A stretch of 64,000 nucleotides of DNA from Candidatus Limnocylindrus sp. (lineage in GTDB: Bacteria > Chloroflexota > Limnocylindria > Limnocylindrales > Limnocylindraceae): the NCBI GenBank assembly GCA_040397175.1, contig JBBAWM010000002.1, positions 64,001 through 128,000 on the forward strand, in the 5' to 3' direction. Positions 1 to 9,475 of the stretch are shown here, in pieces (positions within the stretch are counted from its first letter, which is position 1; each line of letters opens with the position of its first letter). Both the position numbers and the translations under genes were made by a program. Below the pieces are notes generated by a model. The model ran no database searches, was not told the origin of the DNA, and saw nothing but the letters and a program-made list of their open reading frames with translations.

Positions 1-223
1 TGTTGCAGTAGGTCTTGAGCCATTTAGGGTCAAAGTGGTCCCGGTGCAGGTGGCTGATATAGAGGTAATCGGTGGCGCCGAGGGCGGCATGATCGAGCTT
101 GTCGTTTCGTGGATATGGGAACCAGCCTGCGTAATACGCCGGATTAAACCAGGGGTCGCACAGGATCGAGCCGTGTGCGGTGTGGATCTTAACTCCGGCT
201 TGGGCGATGAATTCAATCCGCAT
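1..223 (-). CDS. Metallo-beta-lactamase-fold protein, NamH (UDP-MurNAc hydroxylase)-like; partial, runs off the left edge
   Basis: Hand translation from ATG at 223: MRIEFIAQAGVKIHTAHGSILCDPWFNPAYYAGWFPYPRNDKLDHAALGATDYLYISHLHRDHFDPKWLKTYCN. It has an HxHxDH motif and an LCDPWxNPAYxxxWFP motif. Not in the ORF track. Confidence 0.75.
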   Translation of the reverse strand, partial: MRIEFIAQAGVKIHTAHGSILCDPWFNPAYYAGWFPYPRNDKLDHAALGATDYLYISHLHRDHFDPKWLKTYCN

Positions 224-266
224 GGGGGGAGGATAGCGATGATTCGTGCTCGCCGCCCAGGTCCCT

Positions 267-294
267 TTGTCACATAACTATCATTATCGGAACC
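267..294 (-). other. dif-like XerC/D recombination site
   Basis: Minus strand reads GGTTCCGATAA-TGATAG-TTATGTGACAA: 11-6-11 layout with inner ATAA/TTAT palindrome; an AT-rich patch in high-GC intergenic DNA. Confidence 0.75.
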
Positions 295-369
295 AAGAGC
301 GGAAGAACCCCAGCACGGAGCCGCCTCGTGTAACTGTCCCCCTGCAGGTGCTCGGGTTCGGTTTCCGGG

Positions 370-1656
370 TTAGAGCAGCTTCGCTGTCGAGTTGCGCTTC
401 AGCCGTTTCAGTTCGCTGGCCATCTCAGGTGTGGCAAAACCTGTGACATGGAGCGCGTCCTCGTCGTAGGCCACTTGGATGCCGCCTCGGGCGCGAATCG
501 CCTCAACCTCCCCCACCGCGGTGTATGGGAGGCGGAGGTCGACAGGGGTCCCTTGGCGCTGAAGCGCCTCTTCAAGGGCGCTGCGGAGCGGGCCAAGGCC
601 GATGCCCGTCGCCGCCGAGACGCCGAGCACCGCGGGGTCGATTTCACGCGCATGCATCTGCGCTGCGTCGATCTTGTTGGCGGCAATGATGCGCGGCTTC
701 TCAGCGGCACCGAGTTCGTCGAGAACTGCCTGCACGGTGGCGCGATGCTCCAAGGCGTGATGGTCGGAGGCGTCGACAACTTCTAGGAGTAGGTCTGCAC
801 GGGAGACCTCCTCGAGGGTGGCGCGGAATGCGTCGACGAGCTGGTGTGGCAGCTTATGAATGAACCCGACCGTATCCGTCACGATGGCGGTGAGGCCACC
901 GGGGAGACGCACCTTCCGGCTCGTTGGATCGAGCGTCGCGAAGAGGCGATCTTCGGCCAGCACCACGCTGCTGCCAACGAGACTATTCAACAGCGTTGAT
1001 TTACCGGCGTTCGTGTAGCCAACAATGGCAACGGTCGGCTCGCCGCGTGTGGTGCGGCTCTTTGCGCCCGTCTCGCGGCTGCGGCGAACCTGATCGACGC
1101 GCGCCTTCATTACCGAGATGCGATCGCGGATCAGTCGGCGGTCAGTTTCAAGCTGCGACTCACCGGGGCCGCGTGTGCCGATGCCGCCGCCCGTACGCGA
1201 AAGGTGTGTCCAGAGCTTTGTCAGTCGTGGCAGCTGATATTCCAGCTGTGCCAGTTCTACTTGCAATCGACCCTCACGCGTTCTGGCATGCAGGGCGAAG
1301 ATGTCGAGGATGAGTCGGCTTCGGTCAATGACCTTCACGCCGAGTACCTCTTCGAGACCGCGCTGCTGTGTTGGCGAAAGCTCATCATCGGCGATGAGTA
1401 CGGTGAAGCCCGTCTCGACCTTTGCGGCAAGTAGTTCCTGGGCTTTGCCGGCGCCGATGTAGGTGTCGGGATCGGGGTGCCGTCGCTGCTGCCACTCAGC
1501 GCCAACGACTTCAGCACCCGCCGTACGAGCGAGGCTCGCTAATTCTTGAAGGCTATCCTCAGCTGGCCAGCCCACGTCGCTACCAGTGTCGACTGCGATG
1601 AGAAAGGCGCGCTCTGGCGCGGGCGTCAGGTCAATCGGTGCGGTTTTCTTCGTCAC
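370..1656 (-). CDS. hflX: GTPase HflX
   Basis: LQVELAQLEY, GGIGTRGPGESQLETDRR, GYTNAGKS, DTVGFI, NKID motifs; start moved to GTG 1656 behind GAGGG. Confidence 0.95.
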   Translation of the reverse strand: MTKKTAPIDLTPAPERAFLIAVDTGSDVGWPAEDSLQELASLARTAGAEVVGAEWQQRRHPDPDTYIGAGKAQELLAAKVETGFTVLIADDELSPTQQRGLEEVLGVKVIDRSRLILDIFALHARTREGRLQVELAQLEYQLPRLTKLWTHLSRTGGGIGTRGPGESQLETDRRLIRDRISVMKARVDQVRRSRETGAKSRTTRGEPTVAIVGYTNAGKSTLLNSLVGSSVVLAEDRLFATLDPTSRKVRLPGGLTAIVTDTVGFIHKLPHQLVDAFRATLEEVSRADLLLEVVDASDHHALEHRATVQAVLDELGAAEKPRIIAANKIDAAQMHAREIDPAVLGVSAATGIGLGPLRSALEEALQRQGTPVDLRLPYTAVGEVEAIRARGGIQVAYDEDALHVTGFATPEMASELKRLKRNSTAKLL

Positions 1657-1663
1657 TGTCCCT

Positions 1664-2617
1664 CTAGCGTACCGCGATCCGCAGCGCGTGCGGTAGGAGG
1701 TTCTGAGCAATCTCTGCTGCTGGACGCCCCCCCGTTGGGATCGTCTCAAACAGATCCTCACCGCGGTACCAGGTACGTTGTCGGCGGGCATAGGCCCACG
1801 TTCGTGTTGCTGCAGTGCCAATGGCTCGCTCGCGGTCCATCGTCTGGTCAAGATACGCCTGTGCTTCGCGATAGCCGATCCCCGAGAGCGCTGGGGTTTC
1901 AGCGGGAAGTCGCGCAGCAAGCCGCTCGGTCTCCTGTACGAGACCACCATCAAACTGCGCCCGAACACGCGCTGCAATGGCGGCACGGTGTCGCTCAAAA
2001 TCGGTGTCATCAATCTGCACGTACGCCGTTGCCGCAGCCCACGGGTTCTCCTCTTCGGCGAGCGGGTCACCGCCGAGGCGCACGATCTCCAGTGTTCGAA
2101 TCAGACGCCGAGCACTCGCGGTAGCAACGGCATCTGCCGCCGCCGGATTCCGTTCACGGAGCTCCTTATCGAGCGGTTCGCGACCCACATTCGAGTACTG
2201 CAGTTCAAGCTGCTCACGAATCAGGGGGTTACTTGGCCGTGCTCCGCCCGAGAGGAAGCCCCTCAGCAGGCCACGCTGATAGAGACCGGTGCCGCCAACC
2301 ACGATGGCGATCCCCACTCCCCCGCTTGCCTGAGCGTGGCCAGCGATGGCGGCGCGTGCGGCGTCAAGCCAGTCGTACAGGGTGAATGCATCGCTTGCCT
2401 CGGCAATGTCGATGCAGGCATGCGGCCGAACGGCGCGAATCTCGGTGCTGATCTTGTCAGTGCCGATGTCGAAGCCGCGAAACACTTGGCGCGAGTCTGC
2501 CGATACCAAAATCGAACTTACCCCTGCAGCGTCAAGGGCGTCCGCCAGCGCAAGTGCGGCGGCGCTCTTCCCTACCGCGGTAGGACCACCGATCGCGAGG
2601 ATCGGTAGGGTCGGCAT
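1664..2617 (-). CDS. miaA: tRNA dimethylallyltransferase
   Basis: GPTAVGKS, SADSRQVF, DIGTDK, VGGTGLY, YARRQRTW motifs; ATG 2617 follows the rny stop. Confidence 0.93.
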   Translation of the reverse strand: MPTLPILAIGGPTAVGKSAAALALADALDAAGVSSILVSADSRQVFRGFDIGTDKISTEIRAVRPHACIDIAEASDAFTLYDWLDAARAAIAGHAQASGGVGIAIVVGGTGLYQRGLLRGFLSGGARPSNPLIREQLELQYSNVGREPLDKELRERNPAAADAVATASARRLIRTLEIVRLGGDPLAEEENPWAAATAYVQIDDTDFERHRAAIAARVRAQFDGGLVQETERLAARLPAETPALSGIGYREAQAYLDQTMDRERAIGTAATRTWAYARRQRTWYRGEDLFETIPTGGRPAAEIAQNLLPHALRIAVR

Positions 2618-2618
2618 G

Positions 2619-4145
2619 CTATCGGGCGTAATCAACCGCCCGTGTCTCGCGAATCACCGTGACACGAATCTGACCCGGATAGGCAAGCTGCTCTTCAATG
2701 CGCTTGACTACTTCGTGGGCAATCGTGCGCGCCTGCTCGTCGGTTACCTGATCAGGGCGAACCAAGATGCGTACCTCTCGGCCAGCCTGCACGGCATAGA
2801 CTTTCTCAACGCCGTCGAATCCGAGTGCGATCTGCTGTAGGTCTTCAAGGCGGCGGAGATGGGCCTCGCCTTGATCGCCACGTGCGCCAGGTCGTGCGGC
2901 GCTGATCGCATCCGCCACCTGCACAATCGGGGCCTCACGCGCGGTGCACTCCACCTCCTGATGGTGCGCAGCAATCGAATTGACGATCCCCTCTGGCATA
3001 CCATGACGACGCGCCAGGTCGGCGCCGATCGCAGCGTGCGTGCCTTCAATCTCGTGGTCAAGCGCCTTGCCAATGTCATGAAGGAGGCCACCAACCTTTG
3101 CGGCGCGAATATCCATGCCGAGCTCGCCAGCGACGGCCCCCGCAACTTGCGCCGTTTCAATGGAGTGCAGCAAGACGTTCTGACCGAACGAGGTGCGCCA
3201 CGCTAACCGACCTAAGATGCGCAATAGTTCTGTCGGAACACCGGTCACACCAACCTTGAGTGCGGCGGCTTCGCCGTTCTTCAGCGAGTCGGCATCAACC
3301 TCACCCTGGGCCTTCGCAACGATCTCTTCGATGCGAATCGGATGAATTCGACCATCCTGCATGAGGCGCTCAAGGGCAACGCGTGCCACTTGGCGACGAA
3401 CTGGGTCAAATGACGAAAGCGTCACCTGCAGCGGGGTCTCATCGATGAGAAGTTCCACGCCAGTCGCCGCTTCAAGGGCGCGAATGTTGCGCCCCTCGCG
3501 ACCGATCAGTCGGCCCTTCATCTCGTCGCTCGTGAGCTTCACGTGGGTCACGGAGTGCTCAGCACTGTGGTCCGCTGCAACGCGCTGCATCGCCGTCAGG
3601 ATCATGTCGCGTGCTCGGTCGGCCGCATCTTCTTGGGCACGTCGCTCCAGGGTTGCCTGCAGTCGCTTCGCCTCGCGCTCAGCCTCTTCGGTGAAGCGCG
3701 AGAGAACTTCGGTCCGAGCGGCCTCGGGGTCGAGCCCGGCGACCTCTGCAAGGCGCGTATTGACGTTTGCGCGGGCCACATCAAGGGCAACAGACTCATC
3801 AACGAGGGTGCGCTCGCGCTCAGCGATCGCGACCTCTCGACCGGCAAAAAAGCTCTCGCGCTCACCAAGGGTGACTTCGCGAAGGCGAAGGCGCTCACCC
3901 TCTGCTGTCGCCGCCTCACGGTCGGCCTGTTGGGCGAGTTCGGCCTCAGCTCGCAGGCGTGAGATCTCTCCCTTGGCGCCGATCACCAGGGAGCTCTGCT
4001 GCTGACGCGCCTCTTCGAGGATGGCGGCAGCTCGTCGGTTTGCGGCACGGATGGCGGCGGCGGCGATCACGCTTCGTAGCGCGAGCCCGGCTCCTACGCC
4101 GAATAGGGCGAACAACACGGGGGCGATCCCGTTCAATTCAGGCAT
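2619..4145 (-). CDS. rny: Ribonuclease Y
   Basis: N-terminal TM helix, coiled coil, KH domain (KGRLIGREGRNIR), HD domain (LLHDIGK), C-terminal VTVIRETRA; ATG 4145 with AGGAG RBS. Confidence 0.96.
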   Translation of the reverse strand: MPELNGIAPVLFALFGVGAGLALRSVIAAAAIRAANRRAAAILEEARQQQSSLVIGAKGEISRLRAEAELAQQADREAATAEGERLRLREVTLGERESFFAGREVAIAERERTLVDESVALDVARANVNTRLAEVAGLDPEAARTEVLSRFTEEAEREAKRLQATLERRAQEDAADRARDMILTAMQRVAADHSAEHSVTHVKLTSDEMKGRLIGREGRNIRALEAATGVELLIDETPLQVTLSSFDPVRRQVARVALERLMQDGRIHPIRIEEIVAKAQGEVDADSLKNGEAAALKVGVTGVPTELLRILGRLAWRTSFGQNVLLHSIETAQVAGAVAGELGMDIRAAKVGGLLHDIGKALDHEIEGTHAAIGADLARRHGMPEGIVNSIAAHHQEVECTAREAPIVQVADAISAARPGARGDQGEAHLRRLEDLQQIALGFDGVEKVYAVQAGREVRILVRPDQVTDEQARTIAHEVVKRIEEQLAYPGQIRVTVIRETRAVDYAR

Positions 4146-4224
4146 AACGCTCTCCTGCCAGGCTGGCCCCGCGGCCTGGCTCGCGGTAAATAGGTCAAAT
4201 GCCCAGCGAAAGGCTGGAGAGGAG

Positions 4225-4253
4225 AGGCTACGCCTACCCGCCAGATCGGTCAA
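4225..4253 (-). promoter_or_regulatory. Putative sigma70 promoter of rny
   Basis: TTGACC-17 bp-TAGCCT on the minus strand. Confidence 0.55.
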
Positions 4254-4279
4254 ACGCCCGGGGCGCTGAGCGTGGCGGG

Positions 4280-4888
4280 CTACTCCTCTTCGGTGCCCCC
4301 CTCGGTCACTGGGGTCCGGGTTTCAGACTCGACACGCTCCCGGGCGAGGCGCCAAGAGAGGGCGCTCGGGAAACCCCGTCGGGCAAGCCCCTGGGCCAGT
4401 CGCTGGACCTCGGCGCGGGCATCGCCGCCACGTAGGCGCAACTTGGCCAGGGCGGCGCGTGCGGCGCGCTCCTCGGCCCCCTCCGCGTGCTCGTCAACGA
4501 CGCGCAGAGTCGCCCCCCAGACCTGCTCCGTACTCTGCGCCTCCCCCGCTGCGCGCTGTGCCAAGAGTCGCTGCGCGAGCTCGTCGTCAATGCCGCGTCG
4601 TTTCAGTTCCTGCAGGAGCGCACGATCACCACGCTGTCGCGATCGGTCACGCGAATCGAGAAGCGCCTGCCCGAACCGCTCGTCATCAACCAGGCCGATC
4701 TCGACGAGACGGGCAACTGCTGTGCGCACATGTTCTTCCGGGTATCCGGCGGCGATCAGGCGCTCCTCAAGACTCTTGCGCGAGCGCGGTGCGCCGCTGA
4801 GCGAGCGTGCAGCTGCCTCCAATACATCGGAGGCCTCTGCCGCTGCTCGGCGGGCTTTCTGCGCTTCAGGGTCGCGGCGACGCGCCAC
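4280..4888 (-). CDS. recX: Regulatory protein RecX
   Basis: Follows recA; RS...L, GLVDDERF, RG..ALLQELKRRGI, LARRGF motifs. Confidence 0.9.
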   Translation of the reverse strand: MARRRDPEAQKARRAAAEASDVLEAAARSLSGAPRSRKSLEERLIAAGYPEEHVRTAVARLVEIGLVDDERFGQALLDSRDRSRQRGDRALLQELKRRGIDDELAQRLLAQRAAGEAQSTEQVWGATLRVVDEHAEGAEERAARAALAKLRLRGGDARAEVQRLAQGLARRGFPSALSWRLARERVESETRTPVTEGGTEEE

Positions 4889-4897
4889 GACGCACCG

Positions 4898-5980
4898 TTA
4901 CTCCGCTTCGGGAGCGACGGCGGCGGGAATCTCAAGCGTTGTGGAGACTGCGCGAAGCTTCGCGTCGATCTCGGCAGCAACTTCAGGATTCGCCTTGAGG
5001 AACTCCTTTGACTGCTCTCGGCCTTGGCCGAGGCGCACGTCGCCATAGTTAAACCAGGCGCCAGTCTTGGAGATCACATCGGCTGCAACGCCAACGTCAA
5101 GCAGGCCGCCCGCCATGCTGATCCCTTCGCCATACATGATGTCGAACTCAGCGATGCGGAATGGGGCGGCCACCTTGTTCTTCACCACCTTCACGCGAAC
5201 GCGAGAGCCGACTGCTTCCGTAGCGTTCTTAATGGTTTCGATCCGTCGAATGTCGAGTCGCACTGAAGCGTAGAACTTCAACGCACGACCGCCCGGGGTC
5301 GTTTCTGGGCTGCCATACATGACGCCGATCTTCTCGCGCAGCTGGTTGGTGAAGAGGAGCACCGTGTTCGAACGGGCCACTGCACCGGTCAACTTGCGAA
5401 GCGCTTGGCTCATGAGGCGTGCCTGGATTCCGACGAACGAATCGCCCATCTCGCCCTCGATTTCGGCGCGTGGCACGAGTGCCGCAACCGAGTCGACGAC
5501 AACGATGTCGACGCCGCCGGAACGAATCAGGGTTTCGGCAATTTCAAGCGCCTGCTCGCCGGTATCTGGCTGGCTGACCAGCAGCTCGTTGACGTTCACA
5601 CCAGTCTGCGCGGCATACGCCGAATCAAGGGCATGTTCAACGTCAATAAATGCAGCCACCCCGCCGCGGCGTTGTGCCTCAGCGATGATGTGCTGGGCGA
5701 TGGTGGTTTTACCCGACGATTCTGGCCCGAAGATTTCGCTGATGCGACCCTTTGGTAGCCCGCCAACGCCAAGGGCGATGTCGAGTGAGATCGCTCCGGT
5801 CGGGATCGAATCAATCGCGAGACGTTCGCGGGAGCCGAGCTTCATGATCGCGCCGCGACCGAACTGCTTCTCGATGGTGAGGATTGCCGCGTCTACTGCG
5901 CGGGTACGCTCAGTGGAGGGCTTCCCCTCCTCCTTTGGCTCGACGGCTGCGCTCTTCTTGGATTCGCTCTTCTCTGCCAT
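4898..5980 (-). CDS. recA: Recombinase RecA
   Basis: [42 protein letters not shown]. Confidence 0.99.
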   Translation of the reverse strand: MAEKSESKKSAAVEPKEEGKPSTERTRAVDAAILTIEKQFGRGAIMKLGSRERLAIDSIPTGAISLDIALGVGGLPKGRISEIFGPESSGKTTIAQHIIAEAQRRGGVAAFIDVEHALDSAYAAQTGVNVNELLVSQPDTGEQALEIAETLIRSGGVDIVVVDSVAALVPRAEIEGEMGDSFVGIQARLMSQALRKLTGAVARSNTVLLFTNQLREKIGVMYGSPETTPGGRALKFYASVRLDIRRIETIKNATEAVGSRVRVKVVKNKVAAPFRIAEFDIMYGEGISMAGGLLDVGVAADVISKTGAWFNYGDVRLGQGREQSKEFLKANPEVAAEIDAKLRAVSTTLEIPAAVAPEAE

Positions 5981-5983
5981 GGG

Positions 5984-7300
5984 TCACTCCTTATCTTCCG
6001 ACGCTACAGCCCTCTTCTGCTGAGCTCCTCGTAGTCTGCCTGCCGCGGCGTACCGCGGCTGCATCGCACCGCGCTCTGGCACGGCGCCCGGCTCATCGCC
6101 GGCTCCAAGTCGGGGGGTCCCCGGCCCCCCAGCCGCAGCCCGAAGGCGCGGCAGTTCAGCGGCGAGTGTACCCGACGCGATGGCTCTCCGAACCTCCCCC
6201 ATGAAGGCGCTCATGTGGCGCAGGTTGTGGATCGTGAGGAGGCGGTAGGCCAGCAGCTCTTCGGCGCGGAAAAGGTGCGCCAGGTAGGCGCGGCTGAAGC
6301 GCCGACAGGTGCTGCAATCGCACTGGGCATCGACGGGCTCCTCCTCATCCAGGTGTCGGGCGTTGCGCAGATTGAGGCGCCCCCCGGTAACCCAGGCCTG
6401 ACCATTGCGGGCCACCCGAGCGGGGAGAACTGAGTCAAAGAGGTCAACACCACGGAGTACCGCCTCGAGCAGGTCGATCGGTGAGCCGAGGCCCATCAGG
6501 TAGCGAACGCGTGTATCCCCTTCCAGCGCAGCAATTGTCGCGTCGATCGCGGTGTTGCGCTGCTCTGGGGTTTCGTCCCCCGCCAGGCCACCGAGATTGA
6601 TCCCGTCGAATGGCAGTGAGCGGATGTAGGTGGCAGATTCAGCACGCAGATCTGGGTTGATGCCACCCTGCGCTATACCGAAGAGCGCCTGGCCTGTTCG
6701 GTTGTGCGCGCGCAACGAGCGGACTGCCCAGCGATGCGTGCGATCCATGGCACGGCGTACCTCACGGTCGGTACTCCCCTCTGGCATCACCGGCTGATCA
6801 AAGGCAACGGCAATGTCAGGCCCGAGGGCCTGCTGCACCTCAATAGATCGCTCAGGCGTAAAGAGGTGCATCGAACCGTCGAGATGACTGCTGAACCTTG
6901 CGCCCTCTTCGTTGATGCGCATCAGCGGCCCAAGGGAGACCACCTGAAATCCACCAGAGTCGGTCAGGATTGGTCGATTCCATTGCATGAACTCATGAAG
7001 GCCACCAAATCGTTGCACACGTTCATGACCTGGCCGCAGGTAGAGGTGATAGGTATTTGCAAGAATGATTTGTGCGCCAAGCGCCTTCAAATCATCTGGA
7101 TCGAGTGACTTGACCGTGGCGTTCGTGCCGACGGGCATGAAGTCTGGTGTCTGTACGACACCGTGCCCGAGGCGCAGTTCACCCGTTCGCGCACGCGACG
7201 ACGTGTCGCGGGCGGTTATCGTGAATTGCGCAGCCCCACCGGCACGCGCTGGCAGCGTGGCCGGATCAGAGAGCGCAGCGAATTGTTCTGAACGGTTCAG
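5984..7300 (-). CDS. tgt: tRNA-guanine(34) transglycosylase; probable CTG start
   Basis: [18 protein letters not shown] and CxCxxC...H zinc site. The conserved N-terminus ([18 protein letters not shown]) lies upstream of the first ATG at 7138. Confidence 0.93.
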   Translation of the reverse strand: MNRSEQFAALSDPATLPARAGGAAQFTITARDTSSRARTGELRLGHGVVQTPDFMPVGTNATVKSLDPDDLKALGAQIILANTYHLYLRPGHERVQRFGGLHEFMQWNRPILTDSGGFQVVSLGPLMRINEEGARFSSHLDGSMHLFTPERSIEVQQALGPDIAVAFDQPVMPEGSTDREVRRAMDRTHRWAVRSLRAHNRTGQALFGIAQGGINPDLRAESATYIRSLPFDGINLGGLAGDETPEQRNTAIDATIAALEGDTRVRYLMGLGSPIDLLEAVLRGVDLFDSVLPARVARNGQAWVTGGRLNLRNARHLDEEEPVDAQCDCSTCRRFSRAYLAHLFRAEELLAYRLLTIHNLRHMSAFMGEVRRAIASGTLAAELPRLRAAAGGPGTPRLGAGDEPGAVPERGAMQPRYAAAGRLRGAQQKRAVASEDKE

Positions 7301-8301
7301 CGCTTCCCCCAGAGTGATCCCGTATCTTTGCCGAGATGGGCGCGCGCCGCGTCGGTTACGACGCGACCTTGTGGGGTGCGGTCAATAAACCCGATCCGCA
7401 GCAGGTATGGCTCAAATACATCTTCAAGTGCGTCAGCGGACTCACCCAGCAGCGCCGCCATGGCCGCCACGCCAACCGGCCCACCATTGAACTTCTCGAT
7501 CATGACGGTGAGCAGCTTGCGATCCGTTGCATCAAGGCCCGCATGGTCGATCTGCAAACCTTGCAGTGCCTGCGCCGCAGCCTCACCAGTGATGTTCGTT
7601 GAGCCAGCCACCTGAACCTCGTCGCGAACACGGCGTAACAGGCGGTTTGCAACACGTGGTGTGCCGCGACTACGCGCCGCAATCAGCGCAGCTGCCTCAG
7701 CGGTGATCGCAATCCCGAGGATGCCGGCAGATCGGCGAACGATTGCGGCGAGATCGGCGTCATCGTAAAAGTCGAGTCGCTGCACCGCGCCGAAGCGATC
7801 ACGGAGCGGCGAAGAGAGCATGCCGACTCGCGTAGTTGCACCGATGAGCGTGAACGGCGCAATGTCGAGTCGCAGCGACTGTGCCGATCCGCGGTTGCCA
7901 ATGACAATGTCGATGGAGCGGTCCTCCATCGCCGGATAGAGCACCTCCTCGACAGCGCGGCCGAGGCGATGGATCTCGTCGATGAAGAGCACCTGTCGTG
8001 GCGTCAAGTCGGTGAGAATCGCTGCCATTTGTCCACCATGCTCAATTGCTGGACCTGAGGTGAAGCGGATTTCAACGCCGAGCTCCTTGGCAACAATGGC
8101 TGCCAGGGTGGTTTTTCCGAGCCCTGGAGGACCATGGAGGAGGAGATGGTCCGCAGCCTCGCCACGCTCGCGTGCCGCCTGCAGCAGCGTGGTGAGCGAA
8201 CGTTTCGCCTCAACCTGGCCGACGTACTCGCCGAGAGATGCGGGGCGTAGTGTGGTTTCCGCACTCAGATCCGCGGCGTCGGTTCGCGATTCGCCGCTCA
8301 T
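7297..8301 (-). CDS. ruvB: Holliday junction helicase RuvB
   Basis: LRPxx[35 protein letters not shown]. Confidence 0.98.
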   Translation of the reverse strand: MSGESRTDAADLSAETTLRPASLGEYVGQVEAKRSLTTLLQAARERGEAADHLLLHGPPGLGKTTLAAIVAKELGVEIRFTSGPAIEHGGQMAAILTDLTPRQVLFIDEIHRLGRAVEEVLYPAMEDRSIDIVIGNRGSAQSLRLDIAPFTLIGATTRVGMLSSPLRDRFGAVQRLDFYDDADLAAIVRRSAGILGIAITAEAAALIAARSRGTPRVANRLLRRVRDEVQVAGSTNITGEAAAQALQGLQIDHAGLDATDRKLLTVMIEKFNGGPVGVAAMAALLGESADALEDVFEPYLLRIGFIDRTPQGRVVTDAARAHLGKDTGSLWGKR

Positions 8302-8891
8302 GCTCGCTCCTTCAGGGCTGCACGCAGGCGGTCTGCGAGGGGTTCGGCGGCAAGGGCCTTGTTGGCGGAGACGGCAGCCGCCATCTCCTTCGCCTCCCGC
8401 GCAGGGAAGCCGAGGCTTCGGAGAGCGCCTTGCAGGTCGCGATCCGCATCGCCCTTTGCGCCAACCTCAGCCTCCGCTGAGGCCTCACGGGTCATGCGAT
8501 CGCCGAGCTCAACGATGATGCGCGCTGCGAGGCGCTTTCCCACCCCCGGGGCCTTGGCGATGACCGTCTCGTCGCCATCAACCAACGCACGACGCAAGAG
8601 ATCTGGGCCGTGCGTTGCAAGCAGGGCGATGGCTACCTTTGGACCCACGCCGCTCACATCCAGCAGGGTGGCAAAGAGACGCGCCTGATCGCGTGTCGGA
8701 AATCCGACCAGGGTCTCGCTGTCTTCGCGAACGATGTGGTGCAGATAGAGTTCAAGCACCGCCCCTTCGGTCGCAGTATGCAGAACCGCTGGAAGGGTAC
8801 GAATGCGGAGACCAAGACCGTTTGCGCTGAGCACTACGGCGTCCTCCTCAATCCAGAGCACGGAACCGTGGATGTAGGCGTACACGGTCAC
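8298..8891 (-). CDS. ruvA: Holliday junction binding protein RuvA
   Basis: [20 protein letters not shown] and [15 protein letters not shown] HhH motifs; located between ruvC and ruvB. Confidence 0.95.
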   Translation of the reverse strand: MTVYAYIHGSVLWIEEDAVVLSANGLGLRIRTLPAVLHTATEGAVLELYLHHIVREDSETLVGFPTRDQARLFATLLDVSGVGPKVAIALLATHGPDLLRRALVDGDETVIAKAPGVGKRLAARIIVELGDRMTREASAEAEVGAKGDADRDLQGALRSLGFPAREAKEMAAAVSANKALAAEPLADRLRAALKERA

Positions 8892-9475
8892 GTCCTCCCC
8901 GTGCGCAAGGCCGCGCGCACCGCTCGGTCAAATCCACTCTCTGCGACCACCGCCGCTGCGGCAGAGCGGTCAAGGCGTGAGGATCCGGAGCGGTGTTCCA
9001 GCTTGCGCGCGCCAGCGCCCCAGAGGGCCAGGGCGAGCGCATCGGCAGCGTCATCTGGGGTTGGGGTCGTCGACAGGGTGAGAAGTTTGGTGATCGCCTT
9101 CGTCACCGCCGCCTTCGTGGCGCGACCCTCACCGGCAATTGCCCGCTTCATCTCTGAAGGTGTCGCTTCGACCACTTCAATGTTGTGGTCGGTGGCAATC
9201 AGGAGGGCAACACCACGAACGGCGCCGATCGCAACAGCCGACTGCAGGTTGGATTGGGAGAAGATCCGCTCGATGGCGATACGGTCTGGTCGATGCTCCT
9301 CAATGAGCGCGACAACGCCATCTCGCAAGATACTTAGTCGAGCACCAAGCGTCAGCGTTGCGGCGGTGCGAAGCGCCCCATGTGCAACATGAACTGGGCG
9401 GGCACCGCCAGCGTCTACAACGCCCCAGCCGAAGGTTGCCGTTCCCGGGTCGAGTCCCAGGACGCGCATGCTCAT
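8888..9475 (-). CDS. ruvC: Crossover junction endodeoxyribonuclease RuvC
   Basis: LGLDPG, AIE, G.A.K, DDAADALALA. Confidence 0.96.
   Translation of the reverse strand: MSMRVLGLDPGTATFGWGVVDAGGARPVHVAHGALRTAATLTLGARLSILRDGVVALIEEHRPDRIAIERIFSQSNLQSAVAIGAVRGVALLIATDHNIEVVEATPSEMKRAIAGEGRATKAAVTKAITKLLTLSTTPTPDDAADALALALWGAGARKLEHRSGSSRLDRSAAAAVVAESGFDRAVRAALRTGRT

Noticed and set aside
1657-2070. Long N-terminal extensions of hflX (and likewise typA, PBP, MBL, ispH) in the ORF track
   Set aside because: They overlap neighbouring genes; downstream starts with RBS or -10 signals fit the family lengths
4146-4279. 6S RNA upstream of rny
   Set aside because: Too short and lacks the long rod with central bubble; better explained as promoter plus leader
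7280-7299. GTTCTGAACGGTTC as a LexA box upstream of tgt-recA
   Set aside because: Spacing does not fit GAAC-N4-GTTC and it lies in probable coding sequence
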